In this document: positions 9,938 through 19,023 of the stretch, piece after piece
How positions within the stretch are numbered: position 1 is the stretch's first letter
Layout of the letters: each line of letters opens with the position of its first letter
Origin: an uncultured Methanosarcinales archaeon
GTDB lineage: Archaea > Nanobdellota > Nanobdellia > Woesearchaeales > GW2011-AR9
Reading direction: 5' to 3'
Assembly: GCA_964552945.1 (NCBI GenBank)
Contig: CAZKIP010000004.1
Coordinates: 25,794-89,793, forward strand
Length of the DNA stretch: 64,000 nucleotides
The notes under the pieces: generated by a model
Seen by the model: only the letters and a program-made list of their open reading frames with translations
Databases searched by the model: none
Told to the model about the DNA's origin: nothing
Position numbers and translations under genes: made by a program

Positions 9938-11245
9938 TTATTCTTTTTCTAATTTGACATAATCAAAAGTACACTTAGAATTAGAATTACTTTGACAGGT
10001 AAGGTGGACTTTTGTAGGGATCTCTTTTGGAATACACTTTGTTTCAAATCCTTTTGAAGAATTATCAACAAAATAAGTAACTAAAGAACCTTTTTCAACT
10101 CTGAATTTAGTAGTTTGATATTTTGTTAAAGGACCCTCACACCCATTCACTATTTTTTCGCAAGTCTCATTTGAATTTCCGCAAAAGAATGTTTCTGATT
10201 TTGGAATGTAACCAAATGAAACTCCACCTTTGTCACTTGCAACACCTACTCTTACTTTTACTCCTTTATTACTATCAACTTTCCATCTAGCTTCGAATAC
10301 ATAAGTACCATTGCCCAATGTAACTTGTTTTTTGCTTTCTAAGAAACAAGAACCTTTACCATTAACAATTAAGTTTAATTTACCTTCTTCAAAATCATAA
10401 CCTGCTTTACTTCCACATGGTTTCTCTTCCCACCTACCATCCAACTCCTCGCCACTAAAGTCATCGCAAAACAACTCGTCCCCAGAACAACTAAATACCT
10501 CGTCCTTAATCTCTTTACAATTTGCATTCAAAGCATCGTAAGTGTCTTCATCAAAAATGTTCTTAGCCAAACCTCTCTGAACCAACAAAGGCATACCCAA
10601 AGGATTCGCAGGTGTTAACGAAAACCATTTCTTATTTGCAGGCAAATCATCCAATAATCCATGCTCCATCAACCAATCAATTTTATCATAAAAATATTTT
10701 ATCTTCCCCGTTGGATCAAAATAAGAAATTAACTCTACACTTAACTCGCGACCTTTAATTAAAGTTTCAGTAGTATAAATCCCATTACAAATATATTCGT
10801 TCCCAGAAGTCCATTTTAACAAATCATAAACAACTCCTTGAGAATCTTGGTCAAACAAAGTTACTCCCGGAGATGCTTGAACTACCAACTTCTTCTTCCC
10901 AGTTAAAGGAAAAGCCATTACATTATCATACTTTTTAGCAAGAGGAAAAACGGCCATGCCTCCTTTTTCAGAAAGATAAATATCTCCTTTCCTCCATTGA
11001 TATAAAGTTACATCAACACCGGCTTGAGGAGTTCCAGAATCATCAACAACTTCAAGTTCCTGCTCTCCAGAAAAAACTAAACCAGCGGAATCTGTTGTTC
11101 CTTGCAAAATTTTCATCTCTAAATTTTGTTCAACTTCTACAGAAGCATCTGGTTCAACGAACTCATCGGGTTCAGAAGTACCGCAAGCTGGCAAAGCTAC
11201 GCATAATGATAAAAGTCCTCTGAGTAATTTACTTTCCAAACCCAT
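9938..11245 (-). CDS. Secreted protein / putative lipoprotein, function unknown
   Basis: 435 aa. N-terminus MGLESKLLRGLLSLCVALPACG, a signal peptide with a lipobox-like Cys. Lies on the opposite strand inside the surface island. Confidence 0.5.
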   Translation of the reverse strand: MGLESKLLRGLLSLCVALPACGTSEPDEFVEPDASVEVEQNLEMKILQGTTDSAGLVFSGEQELEVVDDSGTPQAGVDVTLYQWRKGDIYLSEKGGMAVFPLAKKYDNVMAFPLTGKKKLVVQASPGVTLFDQDSQGVVYDLLKWTSGNEYICNGIYTTETLIKGRELSVELISYFDPTGKIKYFYDKIDWLMEHGLLDDLPANKKWFSLTPANPLGMPLLVQRGLAKNIFDEDTYDALNANCKEIKDEVFSCSGDELFCDDFSGEELDGRWEEKPCGSKAGYDFEEGKLNLIVNGKGSCFLESKKQVTLGNGTYVFEARWKVDSNKGVKVRVGVASDKGGVSFGYIPKSETFFCGNSNETCEKIVNGCEGPLTKYQTTKFRVEKGSLVTYFVDNSSKGFETKCIPKEIPTKVHLTCQSNSNSKCTFDYVKLEKE

Positions 11246-11319
11246 GGAGAGATAAAAAGGGCCATTTTTTAAAAGACTATCTAAGAAAAGTTTTTATATC
11301 TCGGCAACTTGATTTTAAT

Positions 11320-11997
11320 ATGAAAAAAATAATGGTGTTAGTGTTCTTCCTATTAGCAACCTCAGTAGTAGCACAAGTTTGCTTCTTAGAAAATGAAAGT
11401 TCTTATTATTGTCAAGAAATGGACAAAACTAAAGCCCAATCGATTTGTGAAGACGAATGCCAAATAAAAGAAACTCATTGCTCAACACTTCCAGAATGTC
11501 AACCTGTCTTTTGTCAAGATAATTGTAAAATCACTTTCAAAGGAGTCTGTGCAAAAGAAGTTCCTGCGGGAGAAGAAGCCAATTGTGTTGCACCAATAAA
11601 ACAAGAAGTTAAAGAAGTAAAAGAAGATTCATCAAACTCAGGACTATATTTCGTCATTTTTTTACTAGCGTTAATGGGGGGCATTTTCTGGTTTTTCAAA
11701 AAGCATCATGGAAATAGGACTGCTCAACAACCTCAAGGAGATAGCTGGGCTTCAACAATTATTCCAGAGTCAGAAGAAAGGCTTAATTGGTTAAAAAAAC
11801 AATTTGGAAAAAAGATGAAAAAGAAAAAAAGAGGACAAATTCTTTTCGAATTGGGGATTCCTTTGGACAACAAAACCCATGTTTCAAAATTAAGTAGGAT
11901 GATTAGGGCTCACGAGAATAAAAAGGATAAGAAAAAAGGAAAAACTTTTCATAATTTGGAAAAAATGGCTAGAGACAAATATTTTGGCAAAAAATAG
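11320..11997 (+). CDS. Membrane-anchored Cys-rich protein, paralogous to the N-terminal module of the 2140-aa giant
   Basis: Sec-type signal MKKIMVLVFFLLATSVVAQ. The Cys module CFLENESSYYCQEMDK...ECQ...PECQPVFCQDNCK aligns with CFLYKKASKGVYC...ECKDDC...PECKQVFCDLDC of the next gene. One TM (LYFVIFLLALMGGIFWFF) and a basic cytoplasmic tail. Confidence 0.55.
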   Translation: MKKIMVLVFFLLATSVVAQVCFLENESSYYCQEMDKTKAQSICEDECQIKETHCSTLPECQPVFCQDNCKITFKGVCAKEVPAGEEANCVAPIKQEVKEVKEDSSNSGLYFVIFLLALMGGIFWFFKKHHGNRTAQQPQGDSWASTIIPESEERLNWLKKQFGKKMKKKKRGQILFELGIPLDNKTHVSKLSRMIRAHENKKDKKKGKTFHNLEKMARDKYFGKK

Positions 11998-12015
11998 TAC
12001 TTTCTCTTCGTCGGA

Positions 12016-12027
12016 ATATTTATAAAC
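12016..12027 (+). promoter_or_regulatory. Candidate TATA box
   Basis: atatttataaac lies ~28 nt upstream of ATG 12054. Confidence 0.35.
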
Positions 12028-12053
12028 GTTAAAGGTTTCTTTTAAGGCTGTAG

Positions 12054-15000
12054 ATGAATAAACAAAAAAGAGGGATGTTTATAGTAGTTTTTAGTATATT
12101 TTTATTAGTTCTAGCTATATCAGTTTCTGCGGAAGAAAGTGGATGTTTTCTTTACAAAAAGGCCAGCAAAGGAGTGTATTGTACTTCCGGTATTTTGAAA
12201 TCTGTGGCTGTGAAGGAATGTAAAGATGATTGTGATATTACTAAAGATTTCCAAGAAGGAAAATTATGTAACCTCTTTCCAGAATGTAAACAAGTTTTCT
12301 GTGATTTAGATTGTCTTGAGAAACCCTTGGGTCTTTGTCAAGAAGAAGGAGGTAAAGAACTTTCAGATGACCAATACCAAAGTCAATGTGAAGCGGTTTG
12401 TTGTGTAGAAAAATATCCTAATGTGGACCAACTTGTGTGTAATTATCCTATGACAGAACAGGCATGTAAGGATAAAATAAAAATAAAACCAGGGATTTAT
12501 ACCCCCTACCATATTGCGGGAGGAAGTGAGGAAGATAAAGCAGCCAAATGTCAAATTGATTATTGTAAGGAAAAATTGGCTGAGGGTTCTCTCGAAGGAG
12601 TAATCAAGGATGTAGATGGGCCAGTTTCAGCAACAATTTCTTTAATTGGGAAAGATAAAACAGATTCTTTAGCAGATGGAAAATATTCCTTTCCAAAACT
12701 TGATCCAGGAACATATCCTGTTGAGGTTAGCAAGGAAGGTTATCAAACTGCTCAAGCAACAATTTCTATAGGGATTGGGGAAAAAAAGTCTTACGATTTT
12801 ACTTTAAATAAATTAATTATTGGTGCCATAGTTTCTGGAGTGGTTAAAGATGCTCAAGGACAACTTGTTGATGGTGCTACAGTTCTTTGGAAAGGGACTT
12901 CAATTACAGGGTCAACAACCACTTCTGCAGGAGGTAAGTTTTCTGCAAATTTACCAGAAGGGAAGTTTACTTTTACGGCTAATAAAGTTGGTTTTGAACA
13001 AGGTAGCAAGGAACTTGCGGTAATAAAAGGCACAAATAAAATAGAATTGATTTTAACGGGAACTCCAAAAACAATTTTGTCAGGAACGGCATTTTTAGAT
13101 AAGAATTCTGATAACAATTTGGATGCAAATGAAAAAACACCGGCGGTACAAATTTTTATTGATGGGAAACTTAGAGCAAGTTCACAATATGAACCTTTGG
13201 CAACTTATAGCATCGTTATGGATTTACAGAAAGATGAAGAACAACATTCCATTTCAGCAACTTATCTGAATGGTGAGTATGTTTTTGGACCAAAATCTTT
13301 TAAAATTACTAAAGCAGGTTTACAATATGATGTTCTTCTAAAAAAACTTGTAGGAGTATGTACGGCCGATGGTACCGATCCACAAAAAAAGGTTGATACT
13401 CTTAATTTAAATCATCTCCCTGGAGAGATAGGAGTTAAGCTTTCTTGGATAAAACCTTGTCCAGAAGTTGAAGGGTATGAAGTTGAAAGGAAAGGAGCAG
13501 AGGGGAAAACTAAAAAATTCATCTTTAATGGAGCAGAGAACTCTTATGTTGATAAGGAAGGATTAGAGTGGTTAGAAACTTATGAATATAAAATAAGGGC
13601 AGTTTACAAAGATGGAGGAATAAAATATTCAGATTATTCTCCTTCAAAATCAATCAAATTGGGTCAAAAGGAATGTGAAGGAAGGTACCTAAAAGATTGG
13701 GAAACTTTTTGTGAACCACATGCTCCTTACCAAGCAAATCAAATTTATACTTGTAGTAACAACAACGTTATTATTCCTGCTAAAAACTGTCCTCCGGGAT
13801 TGTTATGTGCACCATCAAACGATCCAAGAAAAGCAACTTGTATGGGCACAGATGCCTGTTTTGCTGACTTAGGACTTTTTGGACTACAAAGTACTGCCAA
13901 TCAATGTTATGGGATTAAAGATAAAGGAGATTCTCCTAAAAACTTCTGTTACTATGACCAAACTCATACGATTGTAGACTCTTGTAAAGTATGTTTAGAA
14001 TTGGAAAGTTGTTTTGATTACAAGAGTAAGGGGGCGTGTGAAATAAACAATTGTTTAACAAAACCTTGTGAATGGGTAGATGCAGCTTCAAACAAAGAAG
14101 TTCTTGACTATAGTCAAATTTTCAAAGGCTATGATAAAGATTCTTTGCTAACTACTAAGGAAACGGGCGCAGGGTATTGTATCGAAGAAAAATACGATAA
14201 CGATGATAAATGTTCTTTATGTAGTTCTTCAGCATCTCTTTTGGAAAATTTTTATTGTACTGCTGAAGTATGTACTGGTTTAGGAAGATGTTTCTCTAAT
14301 CCTCCTTATTTGGGAAAAGGGGCTTTATCTTCATGTAATGAATGTGGAGAAAGTCCTGCGAAAAATACAAATTGTTATACTTATGGAAGTAAATTGGAAT
14401 GTGAAGGAGAATCTCCTGTAAACATGGATATTAAGGGAAAGATTATTCCTTCTGCTGACAATTGTAATTGGGGAACTTGCAGATGGATAGGTAACAATAA
14501 AGATGGAAAGTGTGTTAAGGATGCGGATGTTGACAAACAAGTTACCGATGATTGTCAAGGTTTTAAAGGAGCAGACAAGGATTTATGTAAGAGCGACAAC
14601 ACTCCTCCAAAAACTTCCATTGTGGGAGATTTTACTTTTACGGTTTCTTCTGTGAACACCAATGTAACTTTAGAAGGAGATGAAAGTATTAACAAAAAGG
14701 GATGGCAAGGAAATCATTTGGGAGTGGCAGGAATTTGTTTAACCAGTGCTAGTTCTGACAAATGTTTGATGGAAAATTTTGTTAAAAAGCCTTATCCTGG
14801 TTTAAAATTTAAGGAAGAAGTTACTTTAAATCTTTATGAACAGTTGAAAGATAAAAAAATAGATGGAGAAATTTATCTCTTAAAATATTTCTCACAAGAC
14901 AGGTATTTCAACCAAGAAAATGTTCAAGAAGCGCAGATTTATGTTGATAACGTCCCTCCAGAATTTACAATTAAATCCACAAAAAAGACCCTTGGTGATA

Positions 15001-18000
15001 CGACTGATTTAAGTGTGTTTTTAGAAGATCTTAGCGAAGCAATGTCTTGTGACTTTGAACTAACTCCTCTACTGCCTTTGGGAACTAAAGTGAATAAAGC
15101 TGTTTCCATTACTGAACAAAAAATGGTTTCATTCCCTGGGTTAAAAGTGGTTAGGGCGGATGTAAAGGTTACTTGTAAAGATTCTTTGGGTAATGAAAAT
15201 AGTAAAAATAAAACATTTGTTTTTGATTTAGAAAAGAGAATAGAAATCTTATCACCAGAACTTGAGAGCATTCTTAGTAAAACCACTTTAACATTTGAAG
15301 TTAAGACCACTATAGATGCAACTTGTTCTTTATTCAATCAAGCTAAGAATCAGAAAGTTGCTGATTTCAAAGCTTCTTCAGATTTAAAAATTCACAAAAC
15401 AGATGCAATCCCTGGTTTCATTGAAGGTGATTATTCCGCTTCTCACAAAGTAATTTGCACAGACGTTGTTACTCAAGGAACTATGGAAGATTTCTTTAAT
15501 TTTAGGGTTGATTTCACTCCACCAAACACAGAAATTATTTTGAAAGAGGGTAAAAGGGTTGAGAAACCAGTGAAGTATGGATGGGAAGAATTTTTTGTTA
15601 AAGATGTGGAAGTAACCCTCTCTTGTAAGGCAGATGGCTTTTCTTGTGAAAAAAGATTTTATTGTTTAGGAAAAGGATGTGGACTAAAGTCCACGGGGAA
15701 ATTCGTAGAGTATACCGCTCCCTTTAAAGTAGATAAAACAACGAGTATCTGCTATTTCTCAAAAGATAAATCGGGGAATGAAGTTGTTCAGCCCTTCTGT
15801 GGAAAAATTATTGTTGAAGGTTATGGTTTAATTTTGGAAAGTCCTCCAATTAAAATGTTCGAAGATGAAATATGGGGAATAAGTAACAAACCACAATTTG
15901 AATTAAGGTTTACAACAAAAGTTTCTTCAAAAATATGTAAGTTAGGGTTGAGTGAAGGGTTTGATTACGATAAAGTTGATTTAGATAGAGTTTTGGAAGG
16001 GAAGGGAGGAAAATATATTTTTCCCAATTTCCCTAGCGGTTCCCTTGGTGCTTACCCCGAAAAAGGAGGAGTAAAAACCTTATATGTTGTTTGCGAAGCA
16101 GGTGATGGAGGGCTTAGTCCTGAACATGTCGTTCATATAGAGTATGACCCCTCTGCGCCAGAAATAATTGATCAAGGAGCTGAACCAAATAAAATTTTGA
16201 AAGAAAAAACAACTCGTTTATTTGCAACTACTGATGATAAAACCTTTTGCAGATATAGTGATAATTCTGCTGGAGATGGAAGTAGCGATTATTTAACAAT
16301 GGAATATTCGTTTCCAGGACAAGATAAAAATACTTTGTTCAAGAAACATGAGCAACATTACTCTATTTCATTTGTAGGTCTGAAGAAAGATTATTTGTTT
16401 AATGTTCAATGTAAAAATGGGGCAGACGATTTTTCAAAAGTTGAAGAGATTAAATTCGAAGTTGATTACACGGAAGAAAGTAAAAATGATGAAAAAAATG
16501 ATGATGGGACAGATAAAGTTACTGAAGGTTTTATCCTTAAAGCATCTCCTCAAGGAGGATATCTTCAAGGAACTTCCGCAAACTTATTTGTAGAAACCAG
16601 TAAAAATGCAATTTGTAGATATAAGCTAGGTAGCGAATACCAAAACTTTAATGTTACCGGAGAAAAAATTCATACTTCCACTTTGTTAAGCTTACCAGAT
16701 AAGGATTATCTAATCCCAGTAAGTTGCATAATGGGAAAGAAGACCGCTACAGCTTTACTTTCTTTTACCATAGACACAACTGCTCCAAGTGTGATCTCAG
16801 TAGAGGATGGGAATTATACTTGTGGAAGTAAGGAATGGTCAGTGATGGTGGAAACAAGCGATAACAATATTTCTGGTTATTATTACGAAATTTATGATAA
16901 TGGATTAATTCCTAGCGTTGCTTACAAAAAGATTTATGGTGAACAAAAATCAACTCAACTTGGAAGCGGGTATACGGGATACTATTCAATTTATGAAACT
17001 TTTTCAGAAAAGAATTATTCAAAGTTTTTAACAAATAAAAGTAAAGAAATTCAGAAGGGGGTCGTTTACAACAAATCTGTTGGTCCAACTTTGCCCTTAT
17101 CTATTCCAGTTTCAGAATTTAAAGAAGACCACATTTATTATACTAAAGTTTGGACATGGGATGCGGTCAAAAACCAAGGAAATCCTAAAGAGAGTGATGG
17201 TATTGCGGTTGTGCAAGAAAACTCTTCATTTTGTGTAACCACGAAAGAAAATAATGTGGCTCCAAAAGTAGATTATGTGGTTAATGATTCAAGTTGTTTG
17301 AAAACGGTAGTTAAATTGAAATGTTCTAGTCCAACTGGATGTAAGAGTATTGAGTATGGCATTTCTACTGCTTCATCAGAATGTCAAGCAAATAAATCTT
17401 ACAATGGAAAAAATTTGCTTATTAAAGGAAAGAAATGGGTTTGTTACACTGCTTCTGATTATACGGGAATTAATGTGAGTGGCAAAAAGTTGTTTACTTA
17501 TGTTGATCAGGATGGAGACAGTGTTAGAGACAAAAAAACTTGTGATCTTTGTTTAAAGACACCTGCTGGAAAAATAGTTGGTAACGATGGTTGTTCATTA
17601 GAACAGTTGACAGATGAAGAAGCTGGAAAAGACGAAGATAAAGATGGTTTGCCAGATTCTTGGGAAAAATTAAGATCTCGAGAAGGGTGCTTGTTAAGTC
17701 CGTTCAGTAAAGATTCAGATGGTGACGGAGTAGATGATGCAACTCAAGATTATGATGATGATGGAAGGAGTAATCTGCAAGAATACTACGCTGGTACAGA
17801 TCCTTGTGTAAAAGACGATGACTTTTTCAGTGATGATCTTTACAAATTTGATGAAGAAGAAGATGAAAAGAAAGTTGATGACAAAAAGAAGGACGATAAG
17901 AAAAAACCAACTACGGGAGTTTCAACTACAAAAGAAAAGGAAGAAGAATCTATCCTAGCTTTAATATTGATGTTAATAGGTCTTCTACTTATCCTTGGTG

Positions 18001-18476
18001 GAACTGGTTATTTAGTTTATTATTACTTATATTCTCCGCAGTCTAAAAAAGGAGAAACAGGGTTTGTAAGAACGGAACCAACAAAACAAGCGGTACAAAA
18101 ACCAGCAACTTTCAAAGAGAAATTCTTCGCTTGGAAGAAAAAAGACACTATTGAGAAATCTAAAGAGAAAAAGAGAAAATCGTTGTTTGGACAATTTTCA
18201 AAGTCTTCTTCAAGCATTCCTCCATTAGAAAAAGCTTTGAAGGGGAAAGGTTCTGACTTATCTCGTTTAGGTAACTTAGCACAACATTATTCCGAACATA
18301 AGGAGGAAATTAGGCCTGGGTTAAGGAAAGAAGAGAAAAATGTTTTTTCTAAATTGGACAAGATAGCTGGAAAAACAAAGGATAAAAAAATCCATGAAGT
18401 TGTTAGTAAGGATGAAGCAAAAGATATTTTTGGAAAGTTGAAAGATATCAGCAAAAAGAGAAAGAAAAGAAAATGA
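12054..18476 (+). CDS. Giant cell-surface protein (2140 aa) with a class III-like N-terminus, CarboxypepD_reg-like and FN3-like repeats, Ca-binding DxDxDG motifs, and a C-terminal TM plus Lys-rich tail
   Basis: N-terminus MNKQKRGMFIVVFSIFLLVLAISVSA. Two GVIKDVDGP...GKYSF...GTYPVEV-type repeats, and FN3-like LSWIKPCPEVEGYEVERK...YEYKIRAVY. DSDGDGVDDATQDYDDDG near the C-terminus. TM ILALILMLIGLLLILGGTGYLVYYYLY is followed by a ~170-aa K-rich tail. Confidence 0.65.
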   Translation: MNKQKRGMFIVVFSIFLLVLAISVSAEESGCFLYKKASKGVYCTSGILKSVAVKECKDDCDITKDFQEGKLCNLFPECKQVFCDLDCLEKPLGLCQEEGGKELSDDQYQSQCEAVCCVEKYPNVDQLVCNYPMTEQACKDKIKIKPGIYTPYHIAGGSEEDKAAKCQIDYCKEKLAEGSLEGVIKDVDGPVSATISLIGKDKTDSLADGKYSFPKLDPGTYPVEVSKEGYQTAQATISIGIGEKKSYDFTLNKLIIGAIVSGVVKDAQGQLVDGATVLWKGTSITGSTTTSAGGKFSANLPEGKFTFTANKVGFEQGSKELAVIKGTNKIELILTGTPKTILSGTAFLDKNSDNNLDANEKTPAVQIFIDGKLRASSQYEPLATYSIVMDLQKDEEQHSISATYLNGEYVFGPKSFKITKAGLQYDVLLKKLVGVCTADGTDPQKKVDTLNLNHLPGEIGVKLSWIKPCPEVEGYEVERKGAEGKTKKFIFNGAENSYVDKEGLEWLETYEYKIRAVYKDGGIKYSDYSPSKSIKLGQKECEGRYLKDWETFCEPHAPYQANQIYTCSNNNVIIPAKNCPPGLLCAPSNDPRKATCMGTDACFADLGLFGLQSTANQCYGIKDKGDSPKNFCYYDQTHTIVDSCKVCLELESCFDYKSKGACEINNCLTKPCEWVDAASNKEVLDYSQIFKGYDKDSLLTTKETGAGYCIEEKYDNDDKCSLCSSSASLLENFYCTAEVCTGLGRCFSNPPYLGKGALSSCNECGESPAKNTNCYTYGSKLECEGESPVNMDIKGKIIPSADNCNWGTCRWIGNNKDGKCVKDADVDKQVTDDCQGFKGADKDLCKSDNTPPKTSIVGDFTFTVSSVNTNVTLEGDESINKKGWQGNHLGVAGICLTSASSDKCLMENFVKKPYPGLKFKEEVTLNLYEQLKDKKIDGEIYLLKYFSQDRYFNQENVQEAQIYVDNVPPEFTIKSTKKTLGDTTDLSVFLEDLSEAMSCDFELTPLLPLGTKVNKAVSITEQKMVSFPGLKVVRADVKVTCKDSLGNENSKNKTFVFDLEKRIEILSPELESILSKTTLTFEVKTTIDATCSLFNQAKNQKVADFKASSDLKIHKTDAIPGFIEGDYSASHKVICTDVVTQGTMEDFFNFRVDFTPPNTEIILKEGKRVEKPVKYGWEEFFVKDVEVTLSCKADGFSCEKRFYCLGKGCGLKSTGKFVEYTAPFKVDKTTSICYFSKDKSGNEVVQPFCGKIIVEGYGLILESPPIKMFEDEIWGISNKPQFELRFTTKVSSKICKLGLSEGFDYDKVDLDRVLEGKGGKYIFPNFPSGSLGAYPEKGGVKTLYVVCEAGDGGLSPEHVVHIEYDPSAPEIIDQGAEPNKILKEKTTRLFATTDDKTFCRYSDNSAGDGSSDYLTMEYSFPGQDKNTLFKKHEQHYSISFVGLKKDYLFNVQCKNGADDFSKVEEIKFEVDYTEESKNDEKNDDGTDKVTEGFILKASPQGGYLQGTSANLFVETSKNAICRYKLGSEYQNFNVTGEKIHTSTLLSLPDKDYLIPVSCIMGKKTATALLSFTIDTTAPSVISVEDGNYTCGSKEWSVMVETSDNNISGYYYEIYDNGLIPSVAYKKIYGEQKSTQLGSGYTGYYSIYETFSEKNYSKFLTNKSKEIQKGVVYNKSVGPTLPLSIPVSEFKEDHIYYTKVWTWDAVKNQGNPKESDGIAVVQENSSFCVTTKENNVAPKVDYVVNDSSCLKTVVKLKCSSPTGCKSIEYGISTASSECQANKSYNGKNLLIKGKKWVCYTASDYTGINVSGKKLFTYVDQDGDSVRDKKTCDLCLKTPAGKIVGNDGCSLEQLTDEEAGKDEDKDGLPDSWEKLRSREGCLLSPFSKDSDGDGVDDATQDYDDDGRSNLQEYYAGTDPCVKDDDFFSDDLYKFDEEEDEKKVDDKKKDDKKKPTTGVSTTKEKEEESILALILMLIGLLLILGGTGYLVYYYLYSPQSKKGETGFVRTEPTKQAVQKPATFKEKFFAWKKKDTIEKSKEKKRKSLFGQFSKSSSSIPPLEKALKGKGSDLSRLGNLAQHYSEHKEEIRPGLRKEEKNVFSKLDKIAGKTKDKKIHEVVSKDEAKDIFGKLKDISKKRKKRK

Positions 18477-19021
18477 TGTTTGGAAAAAAAGGGATGGGTA
18501 TTGCACAGGCTTTTATTTTTATAGTTGTAGCTTTGACTTTCGCATTAATTATGATTTTTGGGTTTAAAGCAGTACAAGATTTTTTGGATAAAGGAGAAAA
18601 GGTAGTCTTTTTACAATTTAAAAATGATTTGGAAACTTCAGTGAAACAAATCTACACCAACTATGGGGCCGTAAGAATTAAAGATTTCCGAGCACCTGGC
18701 CAATATGAAAAGATTTGTTTTGTTAACATGGACATTAAACCCACTGAAGAGGATTTAGATGAACTCTTTCAGGAAGATTTCTATGCTAGTGAAGTATGGA
18801 GAGAAGCTTGGAGTAGAGACGATGTTACGGGAATTAAGGCTGTGGAAGAAAATGTTTTCCTTTCACCTAAAGTAGATACTATTCAAATGAAGATTCACAA
18901 AATCAAAATTTATGGAGAAAAGAATGAAGGATTTCTTTGTACAAAAATTGAAAAAGGATCTTTTCGTCTAGTCCTTGAAGGTAAAGGGGATAGTACGGAA
19001 TTATCCCTTCCCGAGCCTTGA
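18473..19021 (+). CDS. Pilin-like protein (class III signal)
   Basis: MMFGKKGMGIAQAFIFIVVALTFALIMIFG. Overlaps the upstream giant gene as ATGA. Confidence 0.5.
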   Translation: MMFGKKGMGIAQAFIFIVVALTFALIMIFGFKAVQDFLDKGEKVVFLQFKNDLETSVKQIYTNYGAVRIKDFRAPGQYEKICFVNMDIKPTEEDLDELFQEDFYASEVWREAWSRDDVTGIKAVEENVFLSPKVDTIQMKIHKIKIYGEKNEGFLCTKIEKGSFRLVLEGKGDSTELSLPEP

Positions 19022-19023
19022 TA

